A stretch of 64,000 nucleotides of DNA from Cyanobacteria bacterium P01_F01_bin.150. GTDB taxonomy: Bacteria > Cyanobacteriota > Cyanobacteriia > CAKZMO01. The stretch spans positions 64,001 through 128,000 of the forward strand of contig JBCCYL010000001.1 in the NCBI GenBank assembly GCA_039189765.1. The letters run 5' to 3'. Shown here piece after piece: positions 1 through 10,426 of this stretch; position 1 is the first letter of the stretch, and each line of letters starts with the position of its first letter. Position numbers and translations under genes: made by a program. The notes under the pieces were generated by a model. It did no database searches. It was given only the letters and a program-made list of their open reading frames with translations, and was not told the DNA's origin.

Positions 1-3000
1 TGGGCTGCTGGACCGCACGGTTGAAAAATAGGCCGTGCAGTAGATTGGAGAGGTCGTTGGGTGTTGATCGTTGGGTAGAGTCAACATCTCCATCCGCCGC
101 TGGCAGAAGGGCTACAGTGGTAGCGTTTAGATCTTGTAGACACTGGCGCTGATGTTGGGGGAGGCGATCGGGGAGCAGTTGATTGGAACGAGGGTTGTCC
201 CAAAGAAGGGATTCAGGTGCAGCAAGTACGTGGAGTAAGTCCTTGTAGGCTGCAAACATATCGTCAAGGAGACAATCTGGGAAAAGATCTTCAATGGCAT
301 CCCAGTTAAAATGCAGTGCTCCGCCAATTTCTGAAACCTGATGATCGAGATAAACTTGGGATGTTTGACTGAGGCTGTAGACAATCTCGGACTGCCAGGG
401 GCGATCGCCCTTTGCCTCGCCTAAATCCTGGGTCAAAACGCTGGTGAAGACCACAGGCATTAGTGCCCCAGTGCGCTGTTGCTGACGCTGGGCTAGTTCC
501 CGCAGCACCTGCACACCGCTAACATAGCGATGTTCTAAATCTTGCCAAAGCTGATCTTGAATTCCTTGGGCTAAATCACCAAAAGACTGGTTCGCCTTTG
601 TATGAATTGCCAACAGCACCGATGAGGTAAAGTCACCCACTAATCGATTCACGTCAGGATGAAAGGGAAGACGGTTAAATAGAGTCAGGTTTAGCGTAAA
701 GCTAGACGGCTGGCTCCAAGTATTAAGAATATCCGCAAATGCCGCCAGCAATACACCAGAAGGCGTCACACCAAACTTTGCTGCCCGTTGCTTAATAGCC
801 TGCCAAGCTTCCGGAGCTAACGTACCCGATCGCCGCACAAATCGCGGATTTTCAATCCGGTCAGGGCGCTGGGCCAAGGGCAACTGAGGCGCTGGTGGCA
901 ATGTATCCAACCGCTGCTGCCAATAGTCCCAGGATTGACGATAGGTTTCGGAATCTCGAAATGCCTCTTCTGCTAGCACATAATCGCGGAAGGTTACATC
1001 AATAGGAACCTGAGGTAGCTTGGGCTGAAGCAGATTCTGGGCCAGCTCCTGAGCAATGAGTTGAGCACTCCAGGCATCTCCCATCAGCACGTCAAAGCTA
1101 ACGTGGAATCGAATACGGTCGCCCAATTCTCCATTTTGCGAGGGTAAAAGTGACGCTTGGATATCAAACAGAGGATATCGATCCGTGGGAATAATTTGAT
1201 GGGAGAGGCGATCGCGCATTGCCATCAGCTCTGTCTCGACTTGTGATGGAGGAAGCGATCGCAAATCCGTTGTCTGGATTTTATACGGCGGCACCTCAGC
1301 TAACACCCGCTGTTGCCCATCCGCCTGCACCACCACCCGCAACATATCGTGGCGATCGATTAAGCGCTGAAATGCAGATTCTAGCTGAGCCACCGTTAAT
1401 CCTACTGTCTCAATTTCTCGATAGCCGTGGGTGGAAATATTGCCCAGCTCAAAGGCCTCATTTCGCCCAATCCAGTAGGCATGCTGGATATCCGTTAAGG
1501 GGAATGGTTCGTGGCGACTGGCACGAACCGGAGTAATTTCGGGCAGCTCAACAGCAACTATATTTCTTGCTTCAAGAGATGCAGCCCCATCATTAAGGAA
1601 TTGGAGACCGTTAATTTGTTCCGTAAGTTGAGCCACCGTCGGGTACTGAAACAACAGCCGCAGAGGAATCGACTGATTAACTTGCCGACTGACCTGGCCC
1701 ATTAGCTGTAGTCCGAGCAGGGAATGGCCTCCCAGCTCAAAGAAATTATCGTAAATTCCGACCGCGTCAACTTGGAGGGTGGTTTGCCAGATATGGGCGA
1801 TCGCCTCCTCTAACTCAGTCCTCGGTGCAATGTAATCATTTTCGCTCATCCGCTCAGTCGAGGGAGACGGCAGCGCCCGCCGATTAATCTTGCCGTTAGG
1901 CAATCGTGGGAATTCCTCTAGCAGCATCACTATCCCAGGCACCATAAAGGAAGGCAGCTGTTTAGAAAGAAATCCCTGTACCTCAGCAGTAGAAGGCTCC
2001 TCCCCATCCGTTGGAATCACATAGGCAATCAGACGCTGAGACTGCAACACTTGCGCTTGCTCAGAATTGTCTTGTGGATTGGATAAAACTCGATCGACCT
2101 GAACAATGTCATCCTGAACTTGGGGATGCTGCCGCAACACCGCCTCAATTTCTCCCAGCTCAATGCGATAGCCCCGCACCTTCACCTGCTGATCTAACCG
2201 CCCAAGAAACTCAAGCTGACCGTCTGGGCGATAGCGTACGAGATCGCCAGTTTTGTAAAGCTTTTGGTCGTAGCTTAGATCCCAGGGTTCTAGGTAACCA
2301 TTTGTGGATTGCTCAGATAACTTTAAAGAACCCTGGGATCTGGCGTCTGGGCGATCCACAAATGGGTTTTGAATAAATCGCTCTTGGGTCAGTTCAGGAC
2401 GATTGAGATAGCCACGGGCTACTCCTGCTCCACCTAAATACAGCTCCCCTGGAATACCAACAGGGACGGGCTGTAAATAGCGATCGAGCACGTAGGCTTG
2501 AGAATTGGCAATGGGACGACCTATCGAGGGACTTTGGGTTTTCCGGTCCCCCTCTTGGGAGGGGCTAGGGGTGGGTTGATTTTGGATTTTGGATTTTGGA
2601 TTTTGGATTTCAGATGCATAGGATGTGTTAGACGATAGCCGTAATGCATCATTCGGGATTTTTGCAAACGTTGAATACGTTGTATCCTCTGAAGGGCCGT
2701 AGAGGTTATAAACGCTTTGAATATGAGGGCGTTCATATAGCGCTTGCACTAGTGACGCAGGCAGGGGTTCACCGGCTAGGTTGACGGTGCGGATACTGAT
2801 GGGGAGAGTATGGTGCTGAATAAGCTGGGCGATCGCACTTGGCACCGTATTAACCAACGTCACCTGATCGGCAGCAGAGAGTTCCGGCAGATCTAGAACA
2901 TTTTCGGCCAAAATAACCGAGCCGCCTGTGGTGAGGGGAAGAAAAATTTCAAATACGGATAAGTCAAAGCAAATAGAAGTTGAGGCCAAAACGCCAGCGG

Positions 3001-5365
3001 TAGACTCTGGGTCAAATGTCTCCTGTGCCCATTGCAACATGGCCACCGTATTACGATGCTCGATTGCCACCCCTTTGGGTTTGCCTGTGGAGCCAGAAGT
3101 GTAAATAACGTAGGCCAGATCGGAAGAATTATTGGTGGGTAGTAGAGAACTGGAGCGAGACTGCATGGAAATAAGTTCTTGCTCTTCGCTGTCGCTAAGG
3201 TCAATAAATGACCCCTGCCAGTTTTCAAAATTAGGTTTGGCTCCGCTGCCGATAATCATGGTCATATCAGCATCAGCAACCATAAATGCAATTCGCTCCT
3301 GGGGATAGGCTGGGTCCATTGGGACGTAGGCACCACCTGCCTTGAGGATTGCCAGAAGAGCAACAATCATTTGGGGCGTTTGGCTTTGCCATGCCTTCGG
3401 CAAACGCTCCAAATAAACCCCCACCGTCAGCTCTTCGCCGCGATTCGATGGAGAATCAATCGTTTGAATATAGTGAGCAAGTTGATTTGCCGATTGATCA
3501 AGCTGACGGTAAGTGTAAGGAATATCTTGATAAATCACAGCGATCGCATCTGGCGTACGCTGAACCTGCTGCTCAAACAACCCATGAATGGTCAGCTTAT
3601 CAGCGCTGACCTCGTTATCATAAACACGCTGGGTCTGATTCCAGTCCACCAGCAACTGCTGTCGTTCGGTTGGGGTCAATAACGATAGTAGGCCAATAGG
3701 CTGATCGGGGTTTGTGGCGATCGCCTCCAACAACTGCTGAAAATGCTCGATTAAGCGAGCAATCGTCGTCGCATCAAACAGGTCGGTGCTGTACTCTATC
3801 TGACCGCTAATTCCGGCCTCTGAATCCTGTAAATTAAGCCGCAGTTCGTATTTAACCGTGTGATTGTCCAGCGGTAGGCGCTCCACCGTCATATCTTTCA
3901 ATGCCAACGGTTTTACGGTGGCAAGCTGGAGATCAAACTTAGCTTGGAACAGCGGCGACATCTGGCTAATATTCCGCTCTGGATTTAGCACTTCCACGAG
4001 CTTTTCAAAGGGCAATGCCTGATAGGTAAAAGCCCCTGCCACGGTTTGCTTCACACGCTGGAGATAATCCCGAAAGCTGGGATTGCCAGTGCCATCTAGC
4101 CGCAACACTAGCGTATTGACCAGCAGCCCAATCAATCCTTGGGTTTCGGTACGATCGCGATTAGCAATATCCGTACCAATTGTCACATCATCCTGCTGGC
4201 TGTATCGATGCAGCAAAATGCCAAAGGCTGCTAGCAGCAGAATAAACAACGTTACCCCTTCCTTTGCCGCCAGCTTTTTCAACGCTTGAGACTGGACTGG
4301 GGAGATGGCGATCGCCCTCTGGTCACCCCGATAGGTAGGCACAGGGGGATAGGGCCGATCCGTTGGCAGTTGAAGCATTGGCACATCGGCAAGCTGCTTA
4401 GTCCAATAGGCAATATGGTCCTCCAGCACCTTCCCCTGTAACCACTGCCGCTGCCACACGGCCCAATCACCATATTGAATTGCCAGTTCAGGGAGGGGCG
4501 ATTGCCGTGCACCACTCCCGTTAGCGTCATCATCCAAATAGGCGTTATACAGCAGGGTCATTTCCCTCAGAAATACCCCCACTGACCACCGATCTGAAAT
4601 AATATGATGCACCGTAATCAACAGCACATGGTCTTGTTCACTGACCCGCAAAAGCTCCAGCCGCAGCAGAGATTGGGTTAAATCAAACGGCTTTTGGGCA
4701 GCGGCGATCGCTAAACACTCAAGGGAATTTTGGATTTTAGATTTTGGATTTTGGATAGAGGGTTGGGGTGTTAGATCCCAGGGTTCTTGGTGATGATTTG
4801 GCGATTCTAAAGAGATTTGGCTAGAACCCTGGGATCTGCGCGTCAGATCGACTTCCGTAATTTTTAATGTAATAGGTTCGGCTGGCAACACCACCTGAAT
4901 CGCCTGTTGCCCTCGAAGTCCCGAAGCATCCAGGGCAACCCCATCACTCCCCAACTCCCCAACTCCATCACTCCCCAACTCCCCAACCTTCACCACCGTC
5001 CGCAATGTCTCATGACGTTGCACAAGCTCCGTCAACGTCTGCTCCAACACGGCAATATCCAACGCTCCCTTTAACCGCAGCGCACTAAAAACGTTGTAGG
5101 CAAAGCTGTCAGGCTCTAGCTGTTGGATAAACCAAAGCCGCTGCTGGGCAAACGATAGGGGAGTGGGGCGATCGCCCGATCGCCGTTTAATCTTGCGAGA
5201 TGCCTGAGCCTTATTACTCGTCTTGTTACTTGTTTGGCGTTTAGCTTGACGCTGCTGTAAGCGCTTTTCAAACAGCGCCCGCTGTTCCGGAGATAGATTT
5301 GCTAGCTGCTTTTCAAGCTCGGCAGATGCTAGATTTGTGGACACGTTACCCTTTTGCTTGGTCAT
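1..5365 (-). CDS. NRPS, 3'-truncated by window edge: C-A(Ala)-T-Cy(heterocyclization)-start of next A
   Basis: Not in the ORF track (no stop inside the window). ATG at 5365, just after the upstream stop (5369-5371). Manual translation of segments in this frame gives PLSFAQQRLWF, HHIISDRWS (C), AYVIYTSGSTG, FDLSVFE/VNTVP/NLAGE/NLYGPSEDTTY (code DLFNNALTYK, Ala-type), FELGGHSL (T), then PFPLTDIQHAYWIGR, FDVLMGDAWS, VGDFTS, PVVFTS (Cy motifs). The frame is consistent down to base 2. Confidence 0.92.
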   Translation of the reverse strand, partial: MTKQKGNVSTNLASAELEKQLANLSPEQRALFEKRLQQRQAKRQTSNKTSNKAQASRKIKRRSGDRPTPLSFAQQRLWFIQQLEPDSFAYNVFSALRLKGALDIAVLEQTLTELVQRHETLRTVVKVGELGSDGVGELGSDGVALDASGLRGQQAIQVVLPAEPITLKITEVDLTRRSQGSSQISLESPNHHQEPWDLTPQPSIQNPKSKIQNSLECLAIAAAQKPFDLTQSLLRLELLRVSEQDHVLLITVHHIISDRWSVGVFLREMTLLYNAYLDDDANGSGARQSPLPELAIQYGDWAVWQRQWLQGKVLEDHIAYWTKQLADVPMLQLPTDRPYPPVPTYRGDQRAIAISPVQSQALKKLAAKEGVTLFILLLAAFGILLHRYSQQDDVTIGTDIANRDRTETQGLIGLLVNTLVLRLDGTGNPSFRDYLQRVKQTVAGAFTYQALPFEKLVEVLNPERNISQMSPLFQAKFDLQLATVKPLALKDMTVERLPLDNHTVKYELRLNLQDSEAGISGQIEYSTDLFDATTIARLIEHFQQLLEAIATNPDQPIGLLSLLTPTERQQLLVDWNQTQRVYDNEVSADKLTIHGLFEQQVQRTPDAIAVIYQDIPYTYRQLDQSANQLAHYIQTIDSPSNRGEELTVGVYLERLPKAWQSQTPQMIVALLAILKAGGAYVPMDPAYPQERIAFMVADADMTMIIGSGAKPNFENWQGSFIDLSDSEEQELISMQSRSSSLLPTNNSSDLAYVIYTSGSTGKPKGVAIEHRNTVAMLQWAQETFDPESTAGVLASTSICFDLSVFEIFLPLTTGGSVILAENVLDLPELSAADQVTLVNTVPSAIAQLIQHHTLPISIRTVNLAGEPLPASLVQALYERPHIQSVYNLYGPSEDTTYSTFAKIPNDALRLSSNTSYASEIQNPKSKIQNQPTPSPSQEGDRKTQSPSIGRPIANSQAYVLDRYLQPVPVGIPGELYLGGAGVARGYLNRPELTQERFIQNPFVDRPDARSQGSLKLSEQSTNGYLEPWDLSYDQKLYKTGDLVRYRPDGQLEFLGRLDQQVKVRGYRIELGEIEAVLRQHPQVQDDIVQVDRVLSNPQDNSEQAQVLQSQRLIAYVIPTDGEEPSTAEVQGFLSKQLPSFMVPGIVMLLEEFPRLPNGKINRRALPSPSTERMSENDYIAPRTELEEAIAHIWQTTLQVDAVGIYDNFFELGGHSLLGLQLMGQVSRQVNQSIPLRLLFQYPTVAQLTEQINGLQFLNDGAASLEARNIVAVELPEITPVRASRHEPFPLTDIQHAYWIGRNEAFELGNISTHGYREIETVGLTVAQLESAFQRLIDRHDMLRVVVQADGQQRVLAEVPPYKIQTTDLRSLPPSQVETELMAMRDRLSHQIIPTDRYPLFDIQASLLPSQNGELGDRIRFHVSFDVLMGDAWSAQLIAQELAQNLLQPKLPQVPIDVTFRDYVLAEEAFRDSETYRQSWDYWQQRLDTLPPAPQLPLAQRPDRIENPRFVRRSGTLAPEAWQAIKQRAAKFGVTPSGVLLAAFADILNTWSQPSSFTLNLTLFNRLPFHPDVNRLVGDFTSSVLLAIHTKANQSFGDLAQGIQDQLWQDLEHRYVSGVQVLRELAQRQQQRTGALMPVVFTSVLTQDLGEAKGDRPWQSEIVYSLSQTSQVYLDHQVSEIGGALHFNWDAIEDLFPDCLLDDMFAAYKDLLHVLAAPESLLWDNPRSNQLLPDRLPQHQRQCLQDLNATTVALLPAADGDVDSTQRSTPNDLSNLLHGLFFNRAVQQP
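2277..2341. repeat. 65-nt inverted-repeat element, long form (14-bp arms, 37-nt spacer)
   Basis: AGATCCCAGGGTTC-N37-GAACCCTGGGATCT. Other copies: 4773-4837, 11567-11631, 16496-16560, 20144-20208, 31562-31626. Confidence 0.95.
3380..3403. mobile_element. 24-nt double-hairpin small dispersed repeat (SDR-like)
   Basis: TT-GGC-TTT-GCC-A-TGCC-TTC-GGCA-A. Copies with the same fold: 6482-6505, 17371-17394, 22181-22204, 37028-37051, 38539-38562, 40544-40567. Each adds about 8 codons relative to comparable empty sites. Confidence 0.8.
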
Positions 5366-5368
5366 GGT

Positions 5369-8300
5369 CTACTTCTCCCCCAACTCTGCCGCTACTTCAT
5401 CCGGTGATAGGGCTTGAATTTCCGCTAGTAATGCTGCCATATCTTCAGCATCTTCACCGCCTTCATCGTTGTCCGCCCCCTCATTATCCGTTGCCATTTG
5501 CGTTTCCACGAGTTGTGCAATCCCAGCAATAGTAGGTGCTTCAAATAGAAGGCTCTGCATTGGTAGCTCCACCCCAAACTGTTCTCGCAGCCGTGCGATC
5601 GCCTGAATAGCCAACAGCGAGTGACCACCTAACTCAAAAAAGCTGTCCTCGATTCCCACCTGTTCAATGCCCAGAAGTTCTTGCCAGATGGTGGCGATCG
5701 CCCCCTCCATCTCAGTACGCGGTGCCATATAGGCCGCTGATAGCTGAGGACGCTGGTGCTGGCTCTGCTTTTTCAATGTGCCCGGCGGTGCAGTATCTTT
5801 AGCGATTAGCCCTTCTGGCTGAACTCGAATCCACTGTCGTAACCGCGCATCCAAATCCCCTTTGGAAACAACCACTTGAGCCGTATTTCCCAATGCTAAA
5901 ACCCGTTGAGTAGCTTTCCAGACTTCTTCAGCCGTCAAGGTAAATGGGGCAAGCTGCTGTTCCAATCGACCAGACATTTTGCTCTGTAACTCTGCCTGAT
6001 CGCCTACACTTTCTGCCAAGGTTGCATTATCCATACTATGAAACCCATCCCAATTAACGCTAATCCAAGGAACAGATTGGGACGCAGATTGATCATGGGC
6101 GATCGCATCAATCACATGATTCGCTGAACTGTAGGTACCTAGCCCTAGTCCCCCAACAATGGACGATAGAGACGATTGCAGCAAACAAAAATCGGGACGA
6201 CGCTCGGCCAACACTTGAGTGAGAACTTCTAAGCCATAAATTTTAGTTCTTAAACTGTACTCCCATGAAGCTTTATCTCGCTGTTGCAGCAGTGACATAG
6301 ACTGTTCATTGCTCATCGGAGTCGAGTAAAACACCCCATGAATTTCGCCATGCTTAGCCTCAGCCTGGGTGATCGCCTCCTGCATCTGTTGCAAATCAGT
6401 GATGTTAGTCTCGATAAATACCCCCCTTAGTCCCCCCTTAGTAAAGGGGGAGACCGGAGGCTCGGCCCCCTCCCCTTGATTTTCGCGTAGCGTGTCCGTA
6501 GGACGTAGGGAGGGATGGGGTGGGGTGGTTCCAGGACAAATAATCGAAAGCTTGGCATCCAAGGATTCAATCAAAAACGGAGCGATCGCTTCCCCTAACC
6601 CCTGCTCCATTTGCCCCACAACTAAATAGTGCCCCTGGGGACGAAGGGCAATCGCAGGCTGGACCTGGTCGTCCACTTTTATAGACGTGTATATCTGCTG
6701 CCATCGATGTCGTCCTCTGTAGGCTACCAGGGCATCGACAGGAGGCTGGATTAACTCCTGAGCTAGAGTTTGAAGCATCGCATCAGAATATTTATCACGA
6801 TCTAGATCGATACAGTTGCAGCCCAACGTGGGATACTCCTGGGGAATCACCTGACATAGCCCCAGCAGACTTGCCTGATTAGGATTTAAGGATTCCGTTC
6901 CCGTTACGTCGTGGACATTTTCTGTCACAACAGTAATTTGTACTGGCTGCTGCTTCAGAAATGCCGTTAGAGCTTGGGGAAGCGATCGCAGTCCGTAAAA
7001 CCCAAACCAGTCTTCCATCCCGTGCCACAGGTATAGAATGCGATTGGGCAATAGCTCCCGCAACTCCAGATCATCCAGTAGCTCTCGATAACCATCAGGC
7101 GACTCAGGATTAACGGAAAAAGTACGATACTCAACCTGATCAAACGGTTCTCGCCCTGGAATCACCGTTACCACTTCGTGACCTAGCCCCTGAATCCGTT
7201 GGCCCAACTGAATTCCTAAATCACTACTGTCTGCACTATTTGTTACAACCAGCCAAATCTGTCGATCCACTTGACCCGGAACTGAACGAGGCGATACCCG
7301 CTGCCAGCTAGGAGAGTACAGCCAATCTGCACTGTCGGCCTGAATTTTAACTTGCGATTGCTGCATAGTCGCCGTTACTGCACCTGTATCCTGTGATGTT
7401 GACCCAGGCAGCAGCGACTCATCAGGTTCAATCCAGTAACGCTGCCGTTCAAAGGGATAGGTGGGTAAAGGGACACGCGATCGCCGCTCATTCTTGTAAA
7501 ATCCATCCCAATTTACAGATACACCTTCCAACCAAAGCTGTCCCAACGTCCTCATCAAGTGGAAAATATCAGATTGTTTTTCTTTGGGATGGCGAAGAGA
7601 AGTAAGAATTGGGGAGTTGGGGAGTTGGGGAGTTGGGGAGTTGGGGAGTTGGGGAGTTGCGCCACTCCGGTCCCCCTCTTGGGAGGAGTTAGGGGTGGGT
7701 TCTTCTGCCTTCTGCCTTCTGCCTTCTGCCTTCTGAACACCTTCCACCTTTTGGCTCTGGACAAACGTTGTAAGTGTTCTGCTGGGGCCAACTTCGAGGA
7801 AAAGATGGGAGACATCTTGTTGGAGAAGGTTAATCCCATCGGCAAAACGAACAGGGGAACGGAGCTGTTGCCCCCAGAAACTAGGGTTAGTGGCGTCCTC
7901 ATCTGATAACAAGGTTCCGGTAATGTTGGAAAGCAGAGGAATGGTGGGGGCTTGCAGAGCAACACCTTTGATGACATCGGTAAAGGGTTGAACTGCGTCC
8001 TCCATTAAATGGGAATGGAAGGCATGAGAAGTGTGTAGAAGACGGTGGGAGATATTGTCTTTTTCCAAACGTGTCTGGAGTTTGGCGATCGCTTTTTCAC
8101 TCCCTGACACCACACACAGCTTCGGTGCATTTACCGCCGCTAAATTTAGTCCGTCTGTCAGATATGCTTCAATTTCGTCGGCTGCCACCGAAACTGCGAC
8201 CATACTTCCAGTAGGCTGAGCCTGCATTAGCTGCCCCCGTTTGGCAACAATTTTTAGAGCATCATCAAAGGTGAACACGTTGGCGATCGCCCCTGCAACA

Positions 8301-10426
8301 TATTCGCCAATGCTATGCCCAATCACCACATCAGGCTTAATTCCCCAGGATATCCAAAGCTGAGCCAACGCATATTCAATGGTAAATAGGGCAGGCTGAG
8401 CGTATTGAGTCTCGGTGATTTTAGATTTTAGATTTTGGATTTTGGATTTTGGAGGGAGTTGGGAAGTTGGGGAGGTTCGGTCCCCCTCTTGGGAGGGGCT
8501 AGGGGTGGGTTCTTCCGCCTTCTGCCTTTCATTGTCGGGATAAATTAGCGCTTTCAAATCAATATATAAATACTGATTAAATCCTTCGCAGCAGCGATCG
8601 ACCCACTGACGGAAAACAGACTCAGTGTCGTACAGTTCACGGCCCATATTTTCATATTGGCTGCCTTGGCCAGGGAACATAAAGACAATCGGTCGGTGGG
8701 TTTGAGGCGTGGACGTTCCATCATTGCTGCTGTTGCCAGTTAGGACTTTGGTAAGAGCAGGATTTTCAGAGATAGAGACGGGTTTATCAGCAGTTAGGGT
8801 GGCGATCGCATCCTCAACCGTTTGGCACAAAATCGTCCGACGATAGTCAAATCCTCGACGACCTTTTTGAAGTGTGTAGGCGATATCAGCAAGGGCTTGG
8901 CTTGAAGAATTAGCTAGATTTAGATCCCAGGGTTCTTTGAGAACCCTGGGATCTGGGTCGCCAGGATCTTTGCATTGTTGCAGATAATCTATCAAGCGCT
9001 GCGTCTGAGCTTCCAGAGCCGTCTCTGTTTTTGCCGAAAGAATCAGCAGTTGCCAAGGACGAGAGGGTGATGGTTGCTCTTTAGATTCAAGCGCTTCTTC
9101 CAAAATCACATGGGCATTGGTGCCGCCGATGCCAAAGGAGCTAACGCCTGCCCGTCGTGGGGTGCCGTTGACTTGCCAGTCTTGCAGGGTATGGTTAATT
9201 CGAAAGGGACTGGAGTCTAGCTGCAATTGAGGATTGGGCTGCTGAAAATGCAGGCTCGGGGGAATTTGGCGATGGGTTAGGGATAAAATCGTCTTGAGGA
9301 GGCTAGCAATCCCCGCCGCCGTATCCAGATGGCCAAGGTTAGACTTTACCGATCCCAATGCACAGTAGCCGTTCTCACTTTTATTTTCTCCATCACGTTG
9401 AAACGCTTGGGTCAATGCCGCCACCTCAATCGGATCACCTAAAGGAGTCCCCGTACCGTGGGTTTCCACATAGGTAATCGAACTAGGGTCTACCTCCGCA
9501 ACCGTCTGAGCCGTACGAATCACCTGGGCCTGAGCCTCTACACTAGGTGCTGTATAGCTAACTTTAGAATCTCCATCATTGTTGATGGCCGATCCCTTAA
9601 TCACCGCATAAATCGTATCCTGATCGGCCTGAGCATCTTCTAACCGCTTTAGCACGACTAATCCCAACCCTTTACCCGGAACGGTCCCCTGGGCCTCAGC
9701 ATCAAATGCTCGACAGTGGCCATCGGGCGAATAAATGCCCCCAGGCTGATAAACATATCCCACCTGCTGGGCTGCTGCCACTCCTCCCGTCAAAGCCATA
9801 TCGCACTCACCGCTGAGCAAGCTTTGGCAAGCCATATGCACCGCCACCAGAGACGTAGAGCAGGCCGTCTGCACATCCACGCTAGGCCCGGTGAGATTTA
9901 GCTTGTAGGACGCACGGGTCGTTAGAAAATCCTTATCGCTGGATAGAAAAATTTGGTACGGACTGACCGTTGAGCGGGTTTGGGCATTGCGATACAAATT
10001 CAGCAGATAGCCATTCATCGCCGCTCCTGCATATACGGCGATCGCCCCCTCATACTGCTCCGCATCATAGCCCGCATGCTCCAGCGCTTCCCATGCCACC
10101 TCTAAAAACAAGCGCTGCTGCGGATCCAGAACTTCCGCTTCCCGTGGACTATAGCCAAAAAACTCCGCATCAAACTGATCGATATCCTCCAGCAACGCCC
10201 CCGCCTTAACAAAATTAGGCTGGTTTAGAGTCGCCTCATCCACCCCCAGCGATCGCAATTCCTCATCACTGTAAAAACGCACCGACTCAACCCCCTGCTG
10301 GAGATTTTGCCAAAACTCATCCAGAGTCCGCGCCTGGGGAAATCGTCCTGCCATTCCAACGATGGCGATTTCCAGACCCGTTAAGGGAGTTGAGGAGTGA
10401 GAGAGTTGGGGAGTTGCGGTGGACAT
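5369..10426 (-). CDS. Type I PKS module KS-AT-KR(degenerate)-carrier protein
   Basis: KS: VQTACSTS, HGTGT, NLGHL. AT: FPGQG, GHSIGE, TSHAFHS (malonyl-type). KR-like region has a degenerate Rossmann motif (VVGQMEQGLG) but keeps GTYSSAN. Carrier motif FELGGHSLL. Confidence 0.95.
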   Translation of the reverse strand: MSTATPQLSHSSTPLTGLEIAIVGMAGRFPQARTLDEFWQNLQQGVESVRFYSDEELRSLGVDEATLNQPNFVKAGALLEDIDQFDAEFFGYSPREAEVLDPQQRLFLEVAWEALEHAGYDAEQYEGAIAVYAGAAMNGYLLNLYRNAQTRSTVSPYQIFLSSDKDFLTTRASYKLNLTGPSVDVQTACSTSLVAVHMACQSLLSGECDMALTGGVAAAQQVGYVYQPGGIYSPDGHCRAFDAEAQGTVPGKGLGLVVLKRLEDAQADQDTIYAVIKGSAINNDGDSKVSYTAPSVEAQAQVIRTAQTVAEVDPSSITYVETHGTGTPLGDPIEVAALTQAFQRDGENKSENGYCALGSVKSNLGHLDTAAGIASLLKTILSLTHRQIPPSLHFQQPNPQLQLDSSPFRINHTLQDWQVNGTPRRAGVSSFGIGGTNAHVILEEALESKEQPSPSRPWQLLILSAKTETALEAQTQRLIDYLQQCKDPGDPDPRVLKEPWDLNLANSSSQALADIAYTLQKGRRGFDYRRTILCQTVEDAIATLTADKPVSISENPALTKVLTGNSSNDGTSTPQTHRPIVFMFPGQGSQYENMGRELYDTESVFRQWVDRCCEGFNQYLYIDLKALIYPDNERQKAEEPTPSPSQEGDRTSPTSQLPPKSKIQNLKSKITETQYAQPALFTIEYALAQLWISWGIKPDVVIGHSIGEYVAGAIANVFTFDDALKIVAKRGQLMQAQPTGSMVAVSVAADEIEAYLTDGLNLAAVNAPKLCVVSGSEKAIAKLQTRLEKDNISHRLLHTSHAFHSHLMEDAVQPFTDVIKGVALQAPTIPLLSNITGTLLSDEDATNPSFWGQQLRSPVRFADGINLLQQDVSHLFLEVGPSRTLTTFVQSQKVEGVQKAEGRRQKAEEPTPNSSQEGDRSGATPQLPNSPTPQLPNSPILTSLRHPKEKQSDIFHLMRTLGQLWLEGVSVNWDGFYKNERRSRVPLPTYPFERQRYWIEPDESLLPGSTSQDTGAVTATMQQSQVKIQADSADWLYSPSWQRVSPRSVPGQVDRQIWLVVTNSADSSDLGIQLGQRIQGLGHEVVTVIPGREPFDQVEYRTFSVNPESPDGYRELLDDLELRELLPNRILYLWHGMEDWFGFYGLRSLPQALTAFLKQQPVQITVVTENVHDVTGTESLNPNQASLLGLCQVIPQEYPTLGCNCIDLDRDKYSDAMLQTLAQELIQPPVDALVAYRGRHRWQQIYTSIKVDDQVQPAIALRPQGHYLVVGQMEQGLGEAIAPFLIESLDAKLSIICPGTTPPHPSLRPTDTLRENQGEGAEPPVSPFTKGGLRGVFIETNITDLQQMQEAITQAEAKHGEIHGVFYSTPMSNEQSMSLLQQRDKASWEYSLRTKIYGLEVLTQVLAERRPDFCLLQSSLSSIVGGLGLGTYSSANHVIDAIAHDQSASQSVPWISVNWDGFHSMDNATLAESVGDQAELQSKMSGRLEQQLAPFTLTAEEVWKATQRVLALGNTAQVVVSKGDLDARLRQWIRVQPEGLIAKDTAPPGTLKKQSQHQRPQLSAAYMAPRTEMEGAIATIWQELLGIEQVGIEDSFFELGGHSLLAIQAIARLREQFGVELPMQSLLFEAPTIAGIAQLVETQMATDNEGADNDEGGEDAEDMAALLAEIQALSPDEVAAELGEK
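8480..8509 (-). repeat. 30-nt dispersed repeat CCCACCCCTAGCCCCTCCCAAGAGGGGGAC (usually read PTPSPSQEGD)
   Basis: Other copies: 2546-2575, 7670-7699, 11272-11301, 25210-25239, 28051-28080, 33413-33442, 43874-43904, 45783-45812, 45897-45926, 48978-49007, 53981-54010. An inverted intergenic copy lies at 30051-30080. Confidence 0.92.
8922..8954. repeat. 33-nt palindromic element, short form (same 14-bp arms, 5-nt loop), encoding DPRVLKEPWDL
   Basis: AGATCCCAGGGTTC-TTTGA-GAACCCTGGGATCT. Other copies: 14693-14725, 16214-16246, 42185-42217, 48097-48129, 50056-50088. Confidence 0.95.

Noticed and set aside
7555..7977. Short overlapping ORFs rich in WGVGELGS, FCLLPSA or ILDFGF (also 19577-20058, 25125-25699, 27926-28409, 45712-45984, 53831-54188)
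   Set aside because: These are shadow frames of stop-free tandem repeats inside the large genes, with no independent coding evidence.
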